Part shown: piece after piece, positions 61,347 to 64,000 of the stretch | Layout: each line of letters begins with the position of its first letter | Numbering within the stretch: position 1 is the first letter of the stretch | From: an uncultured delta proteobacterium | GTDB taxonomy: Bacteria > Desulfobacterota > Binatia > UBA9968 | NCBI GenBank assembly: GCA_963745835.1 | Contig: CAVUZH010000018.1 | Span: 160,001-224,000, forward strand | Direction of reading: 5' to 3' | DNA length: 64,000 nucleotides | The notes under the pieces: model-generated | Seen by the model: only the letters and a program-made list of their open reading frames with translations | What the model was told of the DNA's origin: nothing | Database searches by the model: none | Program-made: the position numbers and the translations under genes

Positions 61347-62871
61347 TCACTCGAATTTCGGTTTCTCTTTTAGATAATACTTAGAGAGCAGCGGTCGGTA
61401 ACGCTCCATGAGTTCCTTATTGAGATAAGTCGGCGGCTTTTGATCCGGCGGTAGAAACGACTTGTACTGAAATCCAGCCGTCTCCTTCTTGAACGTAGTC
61501 TTTGCCTCTTCTACCAGCTTCGGATCCGTCAGGAAATCGACGACGGAGGCGGCGAGGACTTTGGCGCCGGCCACGGCTCCCTTGTGCGCGATCGAAGTGG
61601 CGGGGGCTACTCCGGCGGCCCAGTGGTGATTGGGAATATTCGGGATGTTGCTGGGAAAAGTCACTCGGCCCGTCGGCACGATCCACGTCACCTCTCCGGC
61701 ATCGTTAGACGAGGCGCCCTGGCGCGATTCGCGCAGCGGCGAGATCTCTTTGTGCAGCCCCTCTTCCTTGCTCTTGAGGTTGCGCTGGAGCGCTTTGGCT
61801 AGGTTATGTTCCTCCTCGGTCCATTTGGGCATGCCGACCAAATCCACGTTTTTCTGGGTCACTTCCGCCATGGTCCGATTGCCGCGCGTTGGCCAGATCG
61901 CGCTGAACACCTGAACGCTGTATTCCGTATCCGTCATGGTCGCCGCGCCCTGCGCGACTTTCTTGGCCTTCTCGAAATTTATCTGCGCCTTATCGATGCT
62001 GGACTCCCGGAAGAACCACCAGATCTTCGCCAGGCCGGGGATGACGTTGGGCTGATCGCCGCCGTAGTTGATCACGCGATGGCTTCGGTGCGTCGGCTCC
62101 AGGTGTTCGCGCAGTTTGTCGAAGCCCATGCTCATCAGCTCCACCGCATCGAGGGCGTCGCGGCCCTGCCACGGCGCTGAGGCGGAGTGAGCGCTCTGAC
62201 CCTTGAAAGTAAACTCCGCGGAGATCAAAGCATACTGGCGGAGGCCGTATTCCGTTCTGAGCTCTTCGCCGATGTGGGTGTGAAAGGCGACGTCGACGTC
62301 TTTGAAAAATCCGTCGCGCACGAAGTAGGGCCGCGGAAGCAAAAGCTCTTCGGCCGGCGCGCCGAAGACTTTGAGCGTGCCCGGCAGCTTGTATTCGTCC
62401 ATAGCCTTTTTCACGGCGAAAGCCGCGCCGACCATCACCGCCGCGTTGACGTTGTGGCCTTCGGCGTGTCCGGGAGCGCCCTCGACGAGCGGCTTATGCT
62501 CCGGCACTCCGGGCGTCTGGGAATTTCCCGGCGTGGTGTCGTATTCGGTGTGAATCGCGATTACCGGATGACCGGAGCCGTAGGTCGCCATGAACGCAGT
62601 GGGCATGCCTGAAATCCCCCGTTGCACCTTGAAGCCGGCATCCTCGAGAATCTGCGTCATCAGCTTCGCGGTCTCGAACTCCTGCATGCCGAGCTCGGCG
62701 AAGTAGTAGATGTTGTCGCCTAACAGGGCGATGGCCTTGCTGTTGCGCTCCACGACTTTGAAGATGAATTCCTTTTCCTTACTTGGAGTGGGTTTCTCCG
62801 CCGTGTCGGGCGGCGGATGCCAGAAGCAGCAAGGCGGCGAATGAGAATACAAGTGACTTTTTCAAGTACAT
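61347..62871 (-). CDS. M20 amidohydrolase (AbgB-like), secreted; frameshift after signal peptide
   Basis: FAELGMQE, EYD, GHAEGHN, GAPAEE, GQSAHS, GRDALDA, SNDAG; MYLKKSLVFSFAALLLLA from ATG 62871 in adjacent frame. Confidence 0.9.
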
Positions 62872-63245
62872 GAATCGGGCCTCCTCAATTGCGGCATGTA
62901 ACATTGACGAACAGGAAAAACGCTACACCGCTCAGCTCTACGTAGTCAAGAAAACAACCTGAGAATAAGCTGACATTGGCAGTCCGGAGCAAACAACTTA
63001 CGTTTGCTACGCATCTTAGCGCCGCTTACGCTGTTGAGTGTCATCCGTAGCGAGTCTACCGACCAGCTTCTTTTGAGCCCTGGCGGATGCATCGGCGGCG
63101 CCTCGAGATGCTCCTGTTGCCTTCAACGTTGGACATGTACCGGATAAGAAGAAGGAGAGTAAACTGGGTTTGAGTCATAGTCCAGGATGCTGATAAATTC
63201 ACGAGAAACTCGGGTCTAATTGTATTTGACAACTGGAGGTTCTAC

Positions 63246-64000
63246 ATGGCTGGTTATGCCCTCGTAATCATTTTTCTTTTTCTTCCTATCGGGTTGCTTA
63301 GCGCGCAGACTCTTAAGACAGTCCGAATGATGACGCCGACGATTGGGGTCAATGTCCTGGTATATGAAGCTGCCAATCGGTTTGGCTTCTACCGTCAGGA
63401 AGGATTTACGATCGAGCTCATCCGCGCGCCGTTGGGCACGTCGATTCAGGCGGTCTTAGGAGGAAGCGCAGATTACGTGCGGCATGGATCGGCGGTTGGT
63501 GCGATTTTGGGGGGCGTACCCTTCAGGGCCTTGGCGGTGGATACCGACAGATCGCCGCATTACATCATCGGCAAGCGCGAACTTGCCAATGTGCAAGATC
63601 TGGCCGGCAAAACCGTAGCCATCGACGATCTCGCCGGCTCTGCGTATTGGGCGACCAGGGAAACTCTCAGTAAGAACGGTATCAACCCCGATAAGGTTAA
63701 CTTTCGACGCATGGGCGGACCGGAATTACGCCTGCAAGCCCTTCTCGCCGGCGTTGTCGACGCCGCGCCTCTTAACTTTGTCCTCAGTGGACGGGCCCAA
63801 GAAAATAATTTCAAAGTGCTTGCCTATACGGGAGATTTTGTCAGCGATGTTCAATTGATGGTTGCCGCGCCCACAGACAAAATAAAGAGATCACCGGAGG
63901 AAGTGTATAAATTTATCAAAGCGACCCTCAAAGCTAGAAAATTTCAATTCGAGAATGAACCGGAGGCCTATAAATTTTACTTGGAACTCGAGCGGCTAAG
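63246..64000 (+). CDS. ABC substrate-binding protein, NMT1/SsuA-like (3'-truncated by window edge)
   Basis: Not in ORF track; GGAGG RBS, MAGYALVIIFLF..., GFYRQEG, DLAGKTVAI, RLQALLAGVVDA. Confidence 0.85.
   Translation, partial: MAGYALVIIFLFLPIGLLSAQTLKTVRMMTPTIGVNVLVYEAANRFGFYRQEGFTIELIRAPLGTSIQAVLGGSADYVRHGSAVGAILGGVPFRALAVDTDRSPHYIIGKRELANVQDLAGKTVAIDDLAGSAYWATRETLSKNGINPDKVNFRRMGGPELRLQALLAGVVDAAPLNFVLSGRAQENNFKVLAYTGDFVSDVQLMVAAPTDKIKRSPEEVYKFIKATLKARKFQFENEPEAYKFYLELERL

Overview
Bacterial chromosomal window of moderately high GC. The gene style (many orphan ABC solute-binding proteins, VOC and flavoprotein paralogues, palindromic MITE/REP-like spacers) is reminiscent of uncultured Binatia/deltaproteobacteria, but that is an inference only. 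Contents in order: a secreted repeat protein, tatA, ArnT-like transferase, uppP, DedA-like, UPF0182 and an ABC permease; a five-gene B12-radical-SAM / SDR / FAD-oxidase / heme-oxygenase-like diiron / methyltransferase cluster; a DHH phosphoesterase-archease-RtcB RNA-repair locus; a duplicated VOC + TcuA-like flavoprotein module with ABC components; a complex I operon lacking nuoB and nuoI; and an accessory region (about 48.8-61.3 kb) with TA modules, nuclease genes, pseudogenes and islets. The strongest signal is an in-frame UGA in rtcB exactly at the catalytic metal-binding Cys (YDIN*GVR), followed by a SECIS-like hairpin, pointing to a selenocysteine RNA ligase. The second is a recurring pattern in which the 3' ends of genes are duplicated, with mostly synonymous differences, around integrase-free cargo. 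Many single-base frameshifts (arnT, DHH, nuoD/E/F/G, HNH, GT2, amidohydrolase) look like indel sequencing errors. No rRNA, tRNA or CRISPR array was recognised.
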